DNA of 64,000 nucleotides from an uncultured Clostridia bacterium (GCA_944372355.1 CALVYS010000002.1:2831-66830), one strand, 5' to 3'. Shown: positions 10,941 through 19,261, counted from the first letter of the stretch. Notes: generated by a model not told the origin, from the letters alone. A program made the numbers and translations.

Positions 10941-11000
10941 TAATATTTTTTAAAATTTTTATGTATTTTTGCGTATTTTTTATTATTTTTCCATATTTTT
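10941..11000. promoter_or_regulatory. Six T5 tracts phased at exactly 10 bp (predicted curved DNA) in the divergent intergenic region, just upstream of the putative trpS -35
   Basis: Six consecutive 10-mers each end in TTTTT: taatattttt, taaaattttt, atgtattttt, gcgtattttt, tattattttt, ccatattttt. A TTGACT follows at 11012-11017. Confidence 0.6.
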
Positions 11001-11057
11001 ATCACAATTATTTGACTTATTTAAAAAGTTGTGCTAACTTTTTAGCAAGAGGTTGAC

Positions 11058-12119
11058 ATGAAAAAAATCATTCTTACAGCGGACAGGCCAACAGGAAAAC
11101 TTCATGTTGGGCATTATATTGGATCTTTAAAAGCCAGGGTCGAGCTGCAAAACAGCGGCGAATTTGACGAGCTTTACGTCATGATTGCAGACTCACAAGC
11201 CCTGACAGACAACGCAGGAAATGTTCAAAAAGTCCGAGATCACATATTGGAAGTTGCCCTTGACTATCTTGCTTGCGGCCTTGATCCAGAAAAAACTTGC
11301 ATCTTTATCCAATCTGAAATTCCAGCTTTGACAGAGATGACTTTTTACTATATGAATCTAGTCACGCTATCGCGCTTAAAACGCAATCCAACCGTCAAAG
11401 AGGAAATCAAACTGCGAGGCTTTGAGGAAAGTGTGCCGGTTGGGTTTTTGACCTATCCAATAAGTCAAGCGGCCGATATCACCGCTTTCAACGCAAACAT
11501 AGTGCCCGTCGGCGAGGATCAACTGCCAGTGATCGAACAGGCGCGCGAAATCGTGAAAACATTCAACAATTTGTATGGCGAAACCTTGGTTTTGCCAGAA
11601 GCCGTTGTGCCAAAACAAAAATCACAAGCAAGGCTTGTTGGAATCGATGGAAAGGGCAAAATGAGCAAATCGCTTGGCAACTGCATCTATCTAAGCGACG
11701 ACGAGCAAACCATCAAACAAAAAATTATGTCCATGTACACGGATCCGGACCACATCAAAGTGAGCGATCCTGGCAAAGTTGAGGGAAACGTGGTTTTTGC
11801 ATACCTGGACGCATTTATAAAACCCGACTCTTTTGAAAAATACCTTCCAGAATACAAAAATCTTGAAGAATTAAAAGCCCATTATCGCAGAGGCGGACTC
11901 GGTGATGTCAAAATAAAATTATTTTTAAATAATATTTTACAAGAAATTTTAAAACCAATTCGTGAAAAGCGTGAAAAATTGGCACAAAATCCAGAAAAAA
12001 TATATGAAATATTATTTAAAGGTTCAGAAAAAGCCAATTTAGTTGCAAACAAAACAATGGAAAAAATTAAATCGGCCATGGGAATCAATTACCGAAAAGA
12101 TTTCGCAAATAAAAAATAA
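11058..12119 (+). CDS. trpS: Tryptophan--tRNA ligase
   Basis: Class I aaRS motifs are present: GKLHVGHYIG (HIGH) and KMSKS (GKMSKSLGN). Length and overall sequence are typical of TrpRS. The SD is AAGAGG before the ATG. Confidence 0.9.
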   Translation: MKKIILTADRPTGKLHVGHYIGSLKARVELQNSGEFDELYVMIADSQALTDNAGNVQKVRDHILEVALDYLACGLDPEKTCIFIQSEIPALTEMTFYYMNLVTLSRLKRNPTVKEEIKLRGFEESVPVGFLTYPISQAADITAFNANIVPVGEDQLPVIEQAREIVKTFNNLYGETLVLPEAVVPKQKSQARLVGIDGKGKMSKSLGNCIYLSDDEQTIKQKIMSMYTDPDHIKVSDPGKVEGNVVFAYLDAFIKPDSFEKYLPEYKNLEELKAHYRRGGLGDVKIKLFLNNILQEILKPIREKREKLAQNPEKIYEILFKGSEKANLVANKTMEKIKSAMGINYRKDFANKK

Positions 12120-12142
12120 TTAAAATATATTAAAAATTAAAA

Positions 12143-12168
12143 AAATCGCATATTTAATGCGATTTTTT
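12143..12168 (+). terminator. Rho-independent terminator after trpS
   Basis: AAATCGCAT-attta-ATGCGATTT followed by a T run. Confidence 0.8.
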
Positions 12169-12233
12169 ATTGTTTTTTTTAATAATAAATCTTAATTTTC
12201 TTTTTTGATCTTTTTCAGAAGCATAACCTATTC

Positions 12234-12332
12234 CTATCCTTTTCCAGATTTAACACACAAAACCTTTCCAACAAGTTCTTTTGCAACCAATTTTGCTTCG
12301 CGCTCAAAAAACTCTCTTCCTAATCTTTCCAT
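12234..12332 (-). pseudogene. 32-codon remnant resembling the N-terminus of DNA-3-methyladenine glycosylase (Mpg/AAG family)
   Basis: Hand translation gives MERLGREFFEREAKLVAKELVGKVLCVKSGKG*. The L-x-R-x-FF-x-R-x(3)-VAKELxGKxL pattern is the usual Mpg N-terminus. The ATG overlaps the last codons of the LOG gene. No continuation appears in any frame downstream of the stop. Confidence 0.45.
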
Positions 12333-12877
12333 TCTGCTTTTGCTGCGTCTATGAGTGCGCAGAGCTCCTCAACTGTTTCTGCCACCTCAAACTTTAATGA
12401 ACCCTCGTCCAAAAAACCATGCTTTACACACTTGTTTAATTGAGCGAACAGATCATCAAAGTAGCCTTTATAATTGTAAACCAAAACATCTCGATCGTGC
12501 TCATGATATTTTTTTGTTTCAACAAGATACATAAATTCTTCAATCGTTCCCGATCCACCAGGAAGCACAACGATGGTCTCGCACTGATCCTTGATGTCTA
12601 TAAGCCTGCCGGCTTCATCTTCCACCACTTTAAGCTCTTTAAAATTCAGATGCGGAAGATCCTTTTTAAACTTTTTTGGCAAAATCATGTAAATGTCGTT
12701 GGAATATTTTGCAAACTCTTCGACAACATAACCCATAATGCCAGTGTAACCCCCGCCATTTGCGATTGTCCAGCCAGTGTCTGCCACATGCTTTGCAATT
12801 TTGCTGATATTTTCGAGCAATTCTTTATCCGTTGGCATTTTCATTCCACATGCCATAAAAATCTTTTTCTTTGCCAC
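12320..12877 (-). CDS. LOG family (TIGR00730-type) nucleotide phosphoribohydrolase
   Basis: PGGSGTIEE motif and a GGGYTGIMG glycine-rich segment. I prefer the GTG at 12877, preceded by AAGGAAGGTGG, over the track start at 12931. Confidence 0.75.
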   Translation of the reverse strand: MAKKKIFMACGMKMPTDKELLENISKIAKHVADTGWTIANGGGYTGIMGYVVEEFAKYSNDIYMILPKKFKKDLPHLNFKELKVVEDEAGRLIDIKDQCETIVVLPGGSGTIEEFMYLVETKKYHEHDRDVLVYNYKGYFDDLFAQLNKCVKHGFLDEGSLKFEVAETVEELCALIDAAKAEWKD

Positions 12878-12967
12878 GATGCCACCTTCCTTAACGCTTT
12901 TTATTTTGATTATTATACCATATTTACTCAAAATAAAAAACTTTTATCACTCAAAAAACAGGAACGA

Positions 12968-13810
12968 TCAACTCATTCCTGCGTGTTTGAAAAATTCTTT
13001 GGTGGTCATTAACCCTGAGCGATTGTAGCGCTTTAAAGTTTTTAATTTGCTTTCATCGCCCTTTTTTAAGTGATTTATCCCCTCATTGCAGGTCAAAAAA
13101 GCCTTAAATCCCAAGCTGGAAAGAATCTCACAGCTTTCTGTGGAATACTTCCCAAACGGATAGGCAAATATGTTCGTGGTGAAACCGCACTTGTCTTTGA
13201 AACAGTCTTCAAGCCTGGTGACGTCTTCCGTCAAGTTCTTTTTGTAGGTTTCATAATCTTCACTAGCCTTTTTCCCAATGCCATAGCGCGGTTTTAAATT
13301 GTGCATATTGTAAGTGTGGTTCCCTATTTCAAAAAACTCATTTTCTTGAAGGGCTTTGATCTCTTCCCATGTCAAATGAGAATAATTTGGATTGTCAATA
13401 TCTCCACTCGAAGTGCTGTATTCACTGTAATTCCCCACGATGTTTATCGTGGCCCTAAACTGCAATTCTTCAAAAATCGGCTTTGCATAGTAATAATTGT
13501 TGTAATGTCCGTCATCAAAGGTGATCACAACCGGCTTTTCAGGCAAATCGCCGTTGCCCTCACAAAAATTGATCAGGTCAGAAACAAACACGCTTTCATA
13601 CCCATGCTCTTTAAGCCAAAGTAGATCGTTTTTTAAATCGTCCGGAGATATGATATATTGCCCCCTTCTGGATTTCAAAATCGAATGATACATTAAAATT
13701 GGCACATCAACAACCTGATTGTCGGCAAAAACAATTTCAGACTCGATCGGCCCTGCCAACAAACAAAACAAACTCGACAAAATCAAAACAAAAATCAGCA
13801 ATCTTTTCAT
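12968..13810 (-). CDS. Secreted polysaccharide deacetylase (NodB domain)
   Basis: N-terminal signal peptide MKRLLIFVLILSSLFCLLA. ITFDDGHYNNY matches the NodB TFDDG motif. Confidence 0.8.
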   Translation of the reverse strand: MKRLLIFVLILSSLFCLLAGPIESEIVFADNQVVDVPILMYHSILKSRRGQYIISPDDLKNDLLWLKEHGYESVFVSDLINFCEGNGDLPEKPVVITFDDGHYNNYYYAKPIFEELQFRATINIVGNYSEYSTSSGDIDNPNYSHLTWEEIKALQENEFFEIGNHTYNMHNLKPRYGIGKKASEDYETYKKNLTEDVTRLEDCFKDKCGFTTNIFAYPFGKYSTESCEILSSLGFKAFLTCNEGINHLKKGDESKLKTLKRYNRSGLMTTKEFFKHAGMS

Positions 13811-13956
13811 AGCCTTATTGTTTGTCGAAAAATGGAAATAATTCCAATCTGCTGCAAAATCTTGTCAAAAATTAAATCTTTGTTTCTGTTATCTCTTTTA
13901 TTTTGTTTGACATAAACTTTTTAAGGTTGTATCATAATACAAAAGGAGGTTTTGAC

Positions 13957-14268
13957 ATGGCTAAAAACACTAAAAAATCATCTTCAAGCTCATCTTCAAG
14001 CGGAATGTGGGGACTTAACAAGATTTCGTTTTGGATTATTGTTGCAGTAACCATTCTCTATGCGGTTGCATTGATCCTTGCCGCTTGTGGCGTTTCTTCT
14101 GTTGCCGTTTCGGCTCTTCAAGGAATCGCAGCTGCTGCAATGATCGTGATTGTTTCAATTTTGGCTTGGCGATATGTTAGACCAAAACAAGCAGTTTGGA
14201 AAGTGCTTTACTTTGTTTGCCTTTTGATTGTAATCGCCGGCATCATCGTTCCACTTGTAGTTCAATAG
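13957..14268 (+). CDS. Small membrane protein with an N-terminal Ser-rich tail
   Basis: ATG at 13957 after AAAGGAGG. Three predicted TM segments. A terminator follows. Confidence 0.6.
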   Translation: MAKNTKKSSSSSSSSGMWGLNKISFWIIVAVTILYAVALILAACGVSSVAVSALQGIAAAAMIVIVSILAWRYVRPKQAVWKVLYFVCLLIVIAGIIVPLVVQ

Positions 14269-14284
14269 TTCTTTAAAATAAAAA

Positions 14285-14308
14285 AGCGGGAAATCTTCCG
14301 CTTTTTTT
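14285..14308 (+). terminator. Rho-independent terminator
   Basis: AGCGG-gaaatctt-CCGCT followed by T7. Confidence 0.7.
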
Positions 14309-14318
14309 GTTTTTTTTC

Positions 14319-14347
14319 TTGATTATTTTTTTAAGTTCATGTATAAT
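14319..14347 (+). promoter_or_regulatory. Sigma-A-type promoter for tRNA-Ser
   Basis: TTGATT, 17-nt spacer, TATAAT. The tRNA 5' end lies 11 nt downstream of the -10. Confidence 0.6.
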
Positions 14348-14357
14348 GTTTAAGCAT

Positions 14358-14446
14358 GGAGGATTGGCTGAGTGGTTTAAAGCGGCGGTCTTGAAAACCG
14401 TTGACGTTAACAGCGTCCGCAGGTTCGAATCCTGTGTCCTCCGCCA
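14358..14446 (+). tRNA. tRNA-Ser (anticodon TGA), class II with a long variable arm, CCA encoded
   Basis: Cloverleaf drawn by hand: acceptor GGAGGAT/GTCCTCC, anticodon loop CTTGAAA, T-arm GCAGG-TTCGAAT-CCTGT. Confidence 0.9.
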
Positions 14447-14454
14447 AAAAACTT

Positions 14455-14492
14455 GGCGTCGGCACCTGACCAAAAGGCTGACGCCTTTTTCT
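14455..14492 (+). terminator. Terminator after tRNA-Ser
   Basis: GGCGTCGGC...GGCTGACGCC hairpin followed by TTTTT. Confidence 0.6.
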
Positions 14493-14534
14493 TTGTTTTT
14501 ATTTTGAGATATGTTAAAATCTTAAGAGGTGACT

Positions 14535-15050
14535 ATGCAAAAACAATTAAATCATCAGGAATTTAAGCACAGACAAAAGGTGCGTAAAAACAACATAATC
14601 TTCGTACTTGAAAATTTGCAACATATGGAAAATATAGGCTCTGCACTAAGAATTGCTGATGGCTTTAATATAGACAGCGTGATTATTGTTTCAAAAGAGA
14701 CATTGGATTTTAGAAAAATTAAAAAAATCTCAAGAAATTGCAACAACACAATTAAATACAAAATTGTGTGCAGCGACGATGAGGCGCTTGAAATTTTAAA
14801 GCAAAAACATTTCACTCCAATAAATCTTGAAATCACATCAAGCAGCGTACCATTGCGAGAAGTTGATTTTGCCAGATTAGACAGAGTTGCCTTAATTGTT
14901 GGAAATGAAAATCACGGCATCAGCGACGAGATGTTAAGTAAAGTGCCACTTTCAGTGCACATTGATTTATATGGCAACAACTCTTCACTAAATGTTGCAA
15001 CCGCACTGGCAATCGCCGTCTACCATGTGAGCGAGAGTTTTAAAAAATAA
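14535..15050 (+). CDS. SpoU/TrmH family RNA 2'-O-methyltransferase
   Basis: LVGNENHGIS and NVATALAIAVY are SpoU motifs 2 and 3. The ATG at 14535 follows AAGAGG. Confidence 0.75.
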   Translation: MQKQLNHQEFKHRQKVRKNNIIFVLENLQHMENIGSALRIADGFNIDSVIIVSKETLDFRKIKKISRNCNNTIKYKIVCSDDEALEILKQKHFTPINLEITSSSVPLREVDFARLDRVALIVGNENHGISDEMLSKVPLSVHIDLYGNNSSLNVATALAIAVYHVSESFKK

Positions 15051-15068
15051 AAAGGCGCAAAGGCCTTT

Positions 15069-15872
15069 TTATTTTGTAGGATAAAAATATGATGTAGTCA
15101 TGTCTAAGTAGTTTTCACCGCTGTAATTAAGATAAGCTTTTGAAACAGCTTCTTTAAATTCTTTGCCCGTTTTGCATTTCAGCGCCAGAGTTTTTAAGTT
15201 TTGAAGATAGCTGATTTTTGTTTTAACATCTTTTAAATCCTCTGGGGTGTAATGCGATGTCAACACAAGATCATATCCTTTGGCTAAAAAATCATTCAAC
15301 GTTGAAATGATTGCGTCCGCATGAGCTTGTCCTGCGACTATCGAGTGACAATCATGTCCCAACATGTGCGTGTAAACGGCCTTAATTTTAGGAATTACAA
15401 TATCGAAACCTTCCTCGTTGTCAATTATTTCAAACTCAATTCCAGCTATTTTCGTTTTCCCATTTTTCAAAAAATTTGTTGTTTTGTGTATTGAGCTGTC
15501 AAAAACAGGTCCAAACGCCCGTGTAAAGTTGTCGATCAAAGCTTTGCCTCCTCCATTGTGTCCATAATCGTCGGCATGTTTGGTTGCATACTTTTTGCAA
15601 TCTTTGAGAAAGGAAGCTCCGGACGCATGGAAAGAAATCAAAACTCCTTCCACTTTTAAATTTGTCGCTTTTAAATAATCTTCAAACTCTGTGATGTTGT
15701 CATAAAAGCAAGGGCTTTCAATAACAACAGCTTTTCCGTTTTTTTCAACAACGAAAACCTCGTCAGCCAAAAAATCATTGGTTTTGTAAGCATGAAGCCT
15801 TATGTCGCCGAAATCATAAAGGCCGACCTCTCCCTTTTTCAATTTTATCGTTTTGCAATTTGTTTTTTTCAT
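15069..15872 (-). CDS. Hypothetical protein, possibly a degenerate MBL-fold protein
   Basis: Long ORF, divergent from an HxlR regulator. It is His-rich (FHASGASF, HMLGHDCHS) but has no canonical HxHxDH motif. Confidence 0.5.
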   Translation of the reverse strand: MKKTNCKTIKLKKGEVGLYDFGDIRLHAYKTNDFLADEVFVVEKNGKAVVIESPCFYDNITEFEDYLKATNLKVEGVLISFHASGASFLKDCKKYATKHADDYGHNGGGKALIDNFTRAFGPVFDSSIHKTTNFLKNGKTKIAGIEFEIIDNEEGFDIVIPKIKAVYTHMLGHDCHSIVAGQAHADAIISTLNDFLAKGYDLVLTSHYTPEDLKDVKTKISYLQNLKTLALKCKTGKEFKEAVSKAYLNYSGENYLDMTTSYFYPTK

Positions 15873-16010
15873 AAAAAAATTCTCCTTTTAACTTATTGAC
15901 ATTTTTTTCTGTCAGTGTTATCATACCACAGAAGGTTACAAAATGTTTCTATGCACTTTTTTGTAATCTAAGTAACTTTTGGTAACTTTTAAATTTAAAA
16001 GGAGAAATAT

Positions 16011-16349
16011 ATGCTAAATAAAGATGAATTGCCGGAATGCCCAGTCGCCACCACAATTTACTTGATTGGAAACAAATGGAAACCTTTGATCATACGTGAT
16101 TTGCTCAAAGGAACGCAACGATTCAAATCCCTTCAATACGGGATTGAAGGAATTAGCGCAAAGGTGTTGACAGAAAACCTTAGGCAAATGGAGGAAGACG
16201 GCCTTGTAAAGCGAGAGATTTTTGCAGAAATACCATTGCGTGTTGAGTATTCTTTAACCACACTTGGCCAAAGCATTCAACCTATTATCGCTGCATTGGC
16301 AGAATTCGGGACAGAATATAAAAACCAAGTCAAAACTCGTGAGGAATAA
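16011..16349 (+). CDS. HxlR-family winged-helix transcriptional regulator
   Basis: CPVATTIYLIGNKWKPLIIRDL...RFKSLQ...ISAKVLTENLRQMEEDGLVKR is the typical HxlR pattern. Confidence 0.85.
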   Translation: MLNKDELPECPVATTIYLIGNKWKPLIIRDLLKGTQRFKSLQYGIEGISAKVLTENLRQMEEDGLVKREIFAEIPLRVEYSLTTLGQSIQPIIAALAEFGTEYKNQVKTREE

Positions 16350-16374
16350 AACAATCAATTTTTTTTAAATTAAT

Positions 16375-16403
16375 AAAACCAGTCCAATAGAGGCTGGTTT
16401 TGT
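16375..16403. terminator. Bidirectional terminator between convergent genes
   Basis: AAAACCAG...CTGGTTTT hairpin flanked by an A run and a T run. Confidence 0.6.
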
Positions 16404-16409
16404 TCTTTG

Positions 16410-17030
16410 TCAATTTTTGTCTTCCTGCTCGTGTTTTTCGATAAGCGGAAGGTATTGCTGTGCGACTTGATAGTAGTCGCTATATTCATCTTGGTCTCCA
16501 CTTGCAATTAAATAATTTTCCCAATCGATTCGTTGCTCACAAACCTGTCTTGCTAGATCATATCTCTCTGCTTTTATAAAATTCTCAACACTATATTTAA
16601 TGGCATCGTATTCCCAGAATTCTGGATCAATGCAGTCTATATAATACCAAATATATCCAATCAATTCATAGTTGCTGGTAGGTTCCAGTTCTTCTTTGAT
16701 ATAGTCATAAAGAGCATCGATATCACAGAGAGAAAAACGAATATCTGTACGGTATTCGGCTTCGCTTGCTTTTATTCGTTCCCGTTCCGCTAAAAATATC
16801 GCTCCGACCTCTGAACTTTTTATGTTATTAAAATAATTTAATCTAATGTCATGTACAGCTTCAGATGCATCATGATAATCTTTGACCTCTTCAAACTTAA
16901 TCAGCCAATCTGTGGCTATTCGAATTATGTTTATGGCATCCTCAAAATTTAATGGTCGTCCTTGTCCAAACACCTTTTCAGAGACACCATTATCTACTAA
17001 CATTTGTTTTAGATTGAATCTGTCTACCAT
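16410..17030 (-). CDS. Acidic cytoplasmic hypothetical protein, third gene of the lemA-DUF2207 operon
   Basis: The ATG lies 3 nt after the DUF2207 stop (AAAGGTGAagcATG). I recognise no motifs. Confidence 0.6.
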   Translation of the reverse strand: MVDRFNLKQMLVDNGVSEKVFGQGRPLNFEDAINIIRIATDWLIKFEEVKDYHDASEAVHDIRLNYFNNIKSSEVGAIFLAERERIKASEAEYRTDIRFSLCDIDALYDYIKEELEPTSNYELIGYIWYYIDCIDPEFWEYDAIKYSVENFIKAERYDLARQVCEQRIDWENYLIASGDQDEYSDYYQVAQQYLPLIEKHEQEDKN

Positions 17031-17033
17031 GCT

Positions 17034-18236
17034 TCACCTTTTTGCTTTGTTTTTTCTGTTGCTTTTGCTTGGGCCGCTCAACAGACCGCCCAGAATCTCG
17101 GCCGCTCCGCCAAACAACATCACAGCGCCAATCACTCCAACTGCCAGGGCCGTGTTTTTTCTGTTTTTGCTGTTGATCTCTTTTACAAAATTCAACTTGC
17201 CGATCCATTCGTCGCTCACACCCAAAACATAGGCGTAAGGAAGAACTTGATAATAGAGCTCTGGATTGTCTTTGACCAATTTTTCCATTTTGTCCTTTTC
17301 TGCAAGTTCTATATATTTTTTTAATCCAAGCAATCTGCCCAACATTCTTTTGCCCTCTGCGTTGCGATATTCAATCAGCGGGCAGAGAATGAAAGTGATC
17401 AAGGTCACAAGCGTTGCAAAGCTGATCAAAAGCAGCACATACAAATTGTTAAACGCAAACACCAAATTTAATGCGGCAAACACCAAAAACAAAACCAATC
17501 CCAAAATGTAAAGCACCACACTTTTGATCTTTTTCTGCACATACACCTTGCTTGACACGCTTGCAAATATTGCGCTGATGGCAAAAATCACAACTCCGCA
17601 AAAGATCGAAAAATTCCCTCCGGTTCCAAGAAAATATGAAATGAAAACCAAAAGAAGTGCACTTCCAATTGCGAAAAACGAAGACCAGTTTTTTGTTTTG
17701 GCGTCATAATATCTTTTGTCATTATCTTTCTTTATTTGTGTTGAAAGTCCGCCAGAAATAGGTTGCAAAAGTTTTGAAAGTTGTTTTATGTTGACTTCTG
17801 TTGCTCCGGCGAATATAGCTGAGAACATGTTTTTTTCATATTCTTTCATGCCCTCGTCGGCATCTTTTAATTTTTTAAGAATGACCTCTCCGCCCTCTTT
17901 TTCGTCAATTTCCAAATACTTTTTTTCTGCCCAGTAAACAAGAAGCGCGCTAATGTCGCGATCGTCCACTCTCCCATCGATCAAGTAGCCTGCATCTGCT
18001 GGCGTCATTCCTTCTGGTGCAGAAAACTCTACCACTTCGATCACCGGTTTTCTGCGCTTCAAAATCGTGAACACGACAACGCCGATCAACATGGCAACAA
18101 GCACGACCATGAAAACGCCGAAGAAGACCAAAAATGAGTCTATCCCGAAAAACTTTTCAAACGGAATTATCCCAATGCCTATAAATAAAAAGATCAGCAA
18201 AAAAATGCCGATCCCTATAAAATTCAAAAATTTCAT
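17034..18236 (-). CDS. DUF2207-like multi-pass membrane protein
   Basis: N-terminal TM segments, a soluble domain, a C-terminal TM cluster and a Gly-rich tail. Its start overlaps the lemA stop (TAATG), the usual LemA partner arrangement. Confidence 0.65.
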   Translation of the reverse strand: MKFLNFIGIGIFLLIFLFIGIGIIPFEKFFGIDSFLVFFGVFMVVLVAMLIGVVVFTILKRRKPVIEVVEFSAPEGMTPADAGYLIDGRVDDRDISALLVYWAEKKYLEIDEKEGGEVILKKLKDADEGMKEYEKNMFSAIFAGATEVNIKQLSKLLQPISGGLSTQIKKDNDKRYYDAKTKNWSSFFAIGSALLLVFISYFLGTGGNFSIFCGVVIFAISAIFASVSSKVYVQKKIKSVVLYILGLVLFLVFAALNLVFAFNNLYVLLLISFATLVTLITFILCPLIEYRNAEGKRMLGRLLGLKKYIELAEKDKMEKLVKDNPELYYQVLPYAYVLGVSDEWIGKLNFVKEINSKNRKNTALAVGVIGAVMLFGGAAEILGGLLSGPSKSNRKNKAKR

Positions 18237-18811
18237 TAAAACTCCACTTTTGGCGCATTGCGTTGTGCAACATCGTCAATCGCAAACAGCACTTTTTCTT
18301 CAAATTTATAATGTTTTGCAACTATATTAGATGGAAAAGTCTCTCTTTTGTTGTTGAAAGTTTTAACTGCACCATTATAATATTTCCTTGAATTTGCAAT
18401 CTCTGTTTCGATGTTTTGCAAAGAGTTCATCATTTCCATATAATTTTGATTTGCTTTCAATTCTGGATAGTTTTCTGCAACAGCAAACAGAGATTTTAAT
18501 GTGCCTGCAAGCCAGTTTTCGTTTTTAGCTTTTTCTGCTGGTGTGTCGGCAGTCATGCAGGAATATCTCGCCTTCATAACATCTTCAAGCGCAGCCTTTT
18601 CATGCTTTGCATAACCTTTGACGGTTTCCACAAGATTTGGAATAAGGTCATATCTTTTTTTCATGTAAACGTCCATTGTTGAATAACCTTCGTCCACATC
18701 ATTTTCCATTCTAACAAGCTTGTTGTAAGTGCTGATCCACCAAATAGCAAAAATCACGCCGCAAAGCAGCAACACTCCCAAAACAATGATAAGAATAATC
18801 CACCATTCCAT
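18236..18811 (-). CDS. lemA: LemA family protein
   Basis: MEWWIILIIVLGVLLL TM segment followed by YNKLVR...VDV...RRYDLIPNLV...YPELKANQNY...RKYYN. The ATG at 18811 follows GAAAGGAG. The upstream extension in the track (to 18937) runs into a noncoding repeat. Confidence 0.85.
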   Translation of the reverse strand: MEWWIILIIVLGVLLLCGVIFAIWWISTYNKLVRMENDVDEGYSTMDVYMKKRYDLIPNLVETVKGYAKHEKAALEDVMKARYSCMTADTPAEKAKNENWLAGTLKSLFAVAENYPELKANQNYMEMMNSLQNIETEIANSRKYYNGAVKTFNNKRETFPSNIVAKHYKFEEKVLFAIDDVAQRNAPKVEF

Positions 18812-18902
18812 ATTGATTCTCCTTTCTATACAAGTATATGATAACACAGATAAAAAAAGATGTAAAGTTTTTTTCATTGCTTTGCAAACGCAAACTCTCC
18901 TT

Positions 18903-18985
18903 TTGGAACAATTTTCTTCGCATGAGAGTAAGCGCAAAATGCACTAGCATTTTCGTCTGACGCTTTAAGCAAAAAAATCGAGCTG
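18903..18985 (-). repeat. Copy 2 of an 83-nt hairpin-forming repeat
   Basis: Matches 19131-19212 with 5 substitutions and 1 indel. The inner stem AAAATGC/GCATTTT is intact in both copies. Confidence 0.8.
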
Positions 18986-19130
18986 CTCCGTATGTGGAAA
19001 TCCGATAAGCAGCACAGTTACAATATCAGACAAAAAAATTAATCCAAACCTTATTGAGTCGCGACCAACTCGCCAATGCAATGCGAGTTGCGTTTGGTCG
19101 CGAGAATGCGATGATAATTTTAACCCTTTC

Positions 19131-19212
19131 TTGGAACAATTTTCTTCGCATGAGAGTAAGCGCAAAATGCGTCAGCATTTTCGTTTGGCGCTTTAAGCAA
19201 AAAAAACGAGCT
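19131..19212 (-). repeat. Copy 1 of the 83-nt hairpin-forming repeat
   Basis: See copy 2. It sits just downstream of the tRNA-Leu terminator hairpin. Confidence 0.8.
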
Positions 19213-19261
19213 GATTTTAAGCTTTCGAATAGAAAGCGCTGCCTCAGCTCGATTTTTTTGC

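Noticed and set aside
10764-11057. I looked for a T-box leader upstream of trpS, which is common in Firmicutes.
   Set aside because: The region is AT-rich promoter DNA. There is no specifier hairpin, no conserved T-box sequence (AAnnnGGTGGnACCGCG-like) and no terminator/antiterminator pair, and the likely 5' UTR is only a few tens of nt.
12440-13028. A 190-aa plus-strand ORF and an 83-aa plus-strand ORF lie antisense to the LOG gene.
   Set aside because: They are antisense to a gene with clear family motifs, have a hydrophobic, Phe/Ile-rich composition typical of AT-rich antisense frames, and have no SD.
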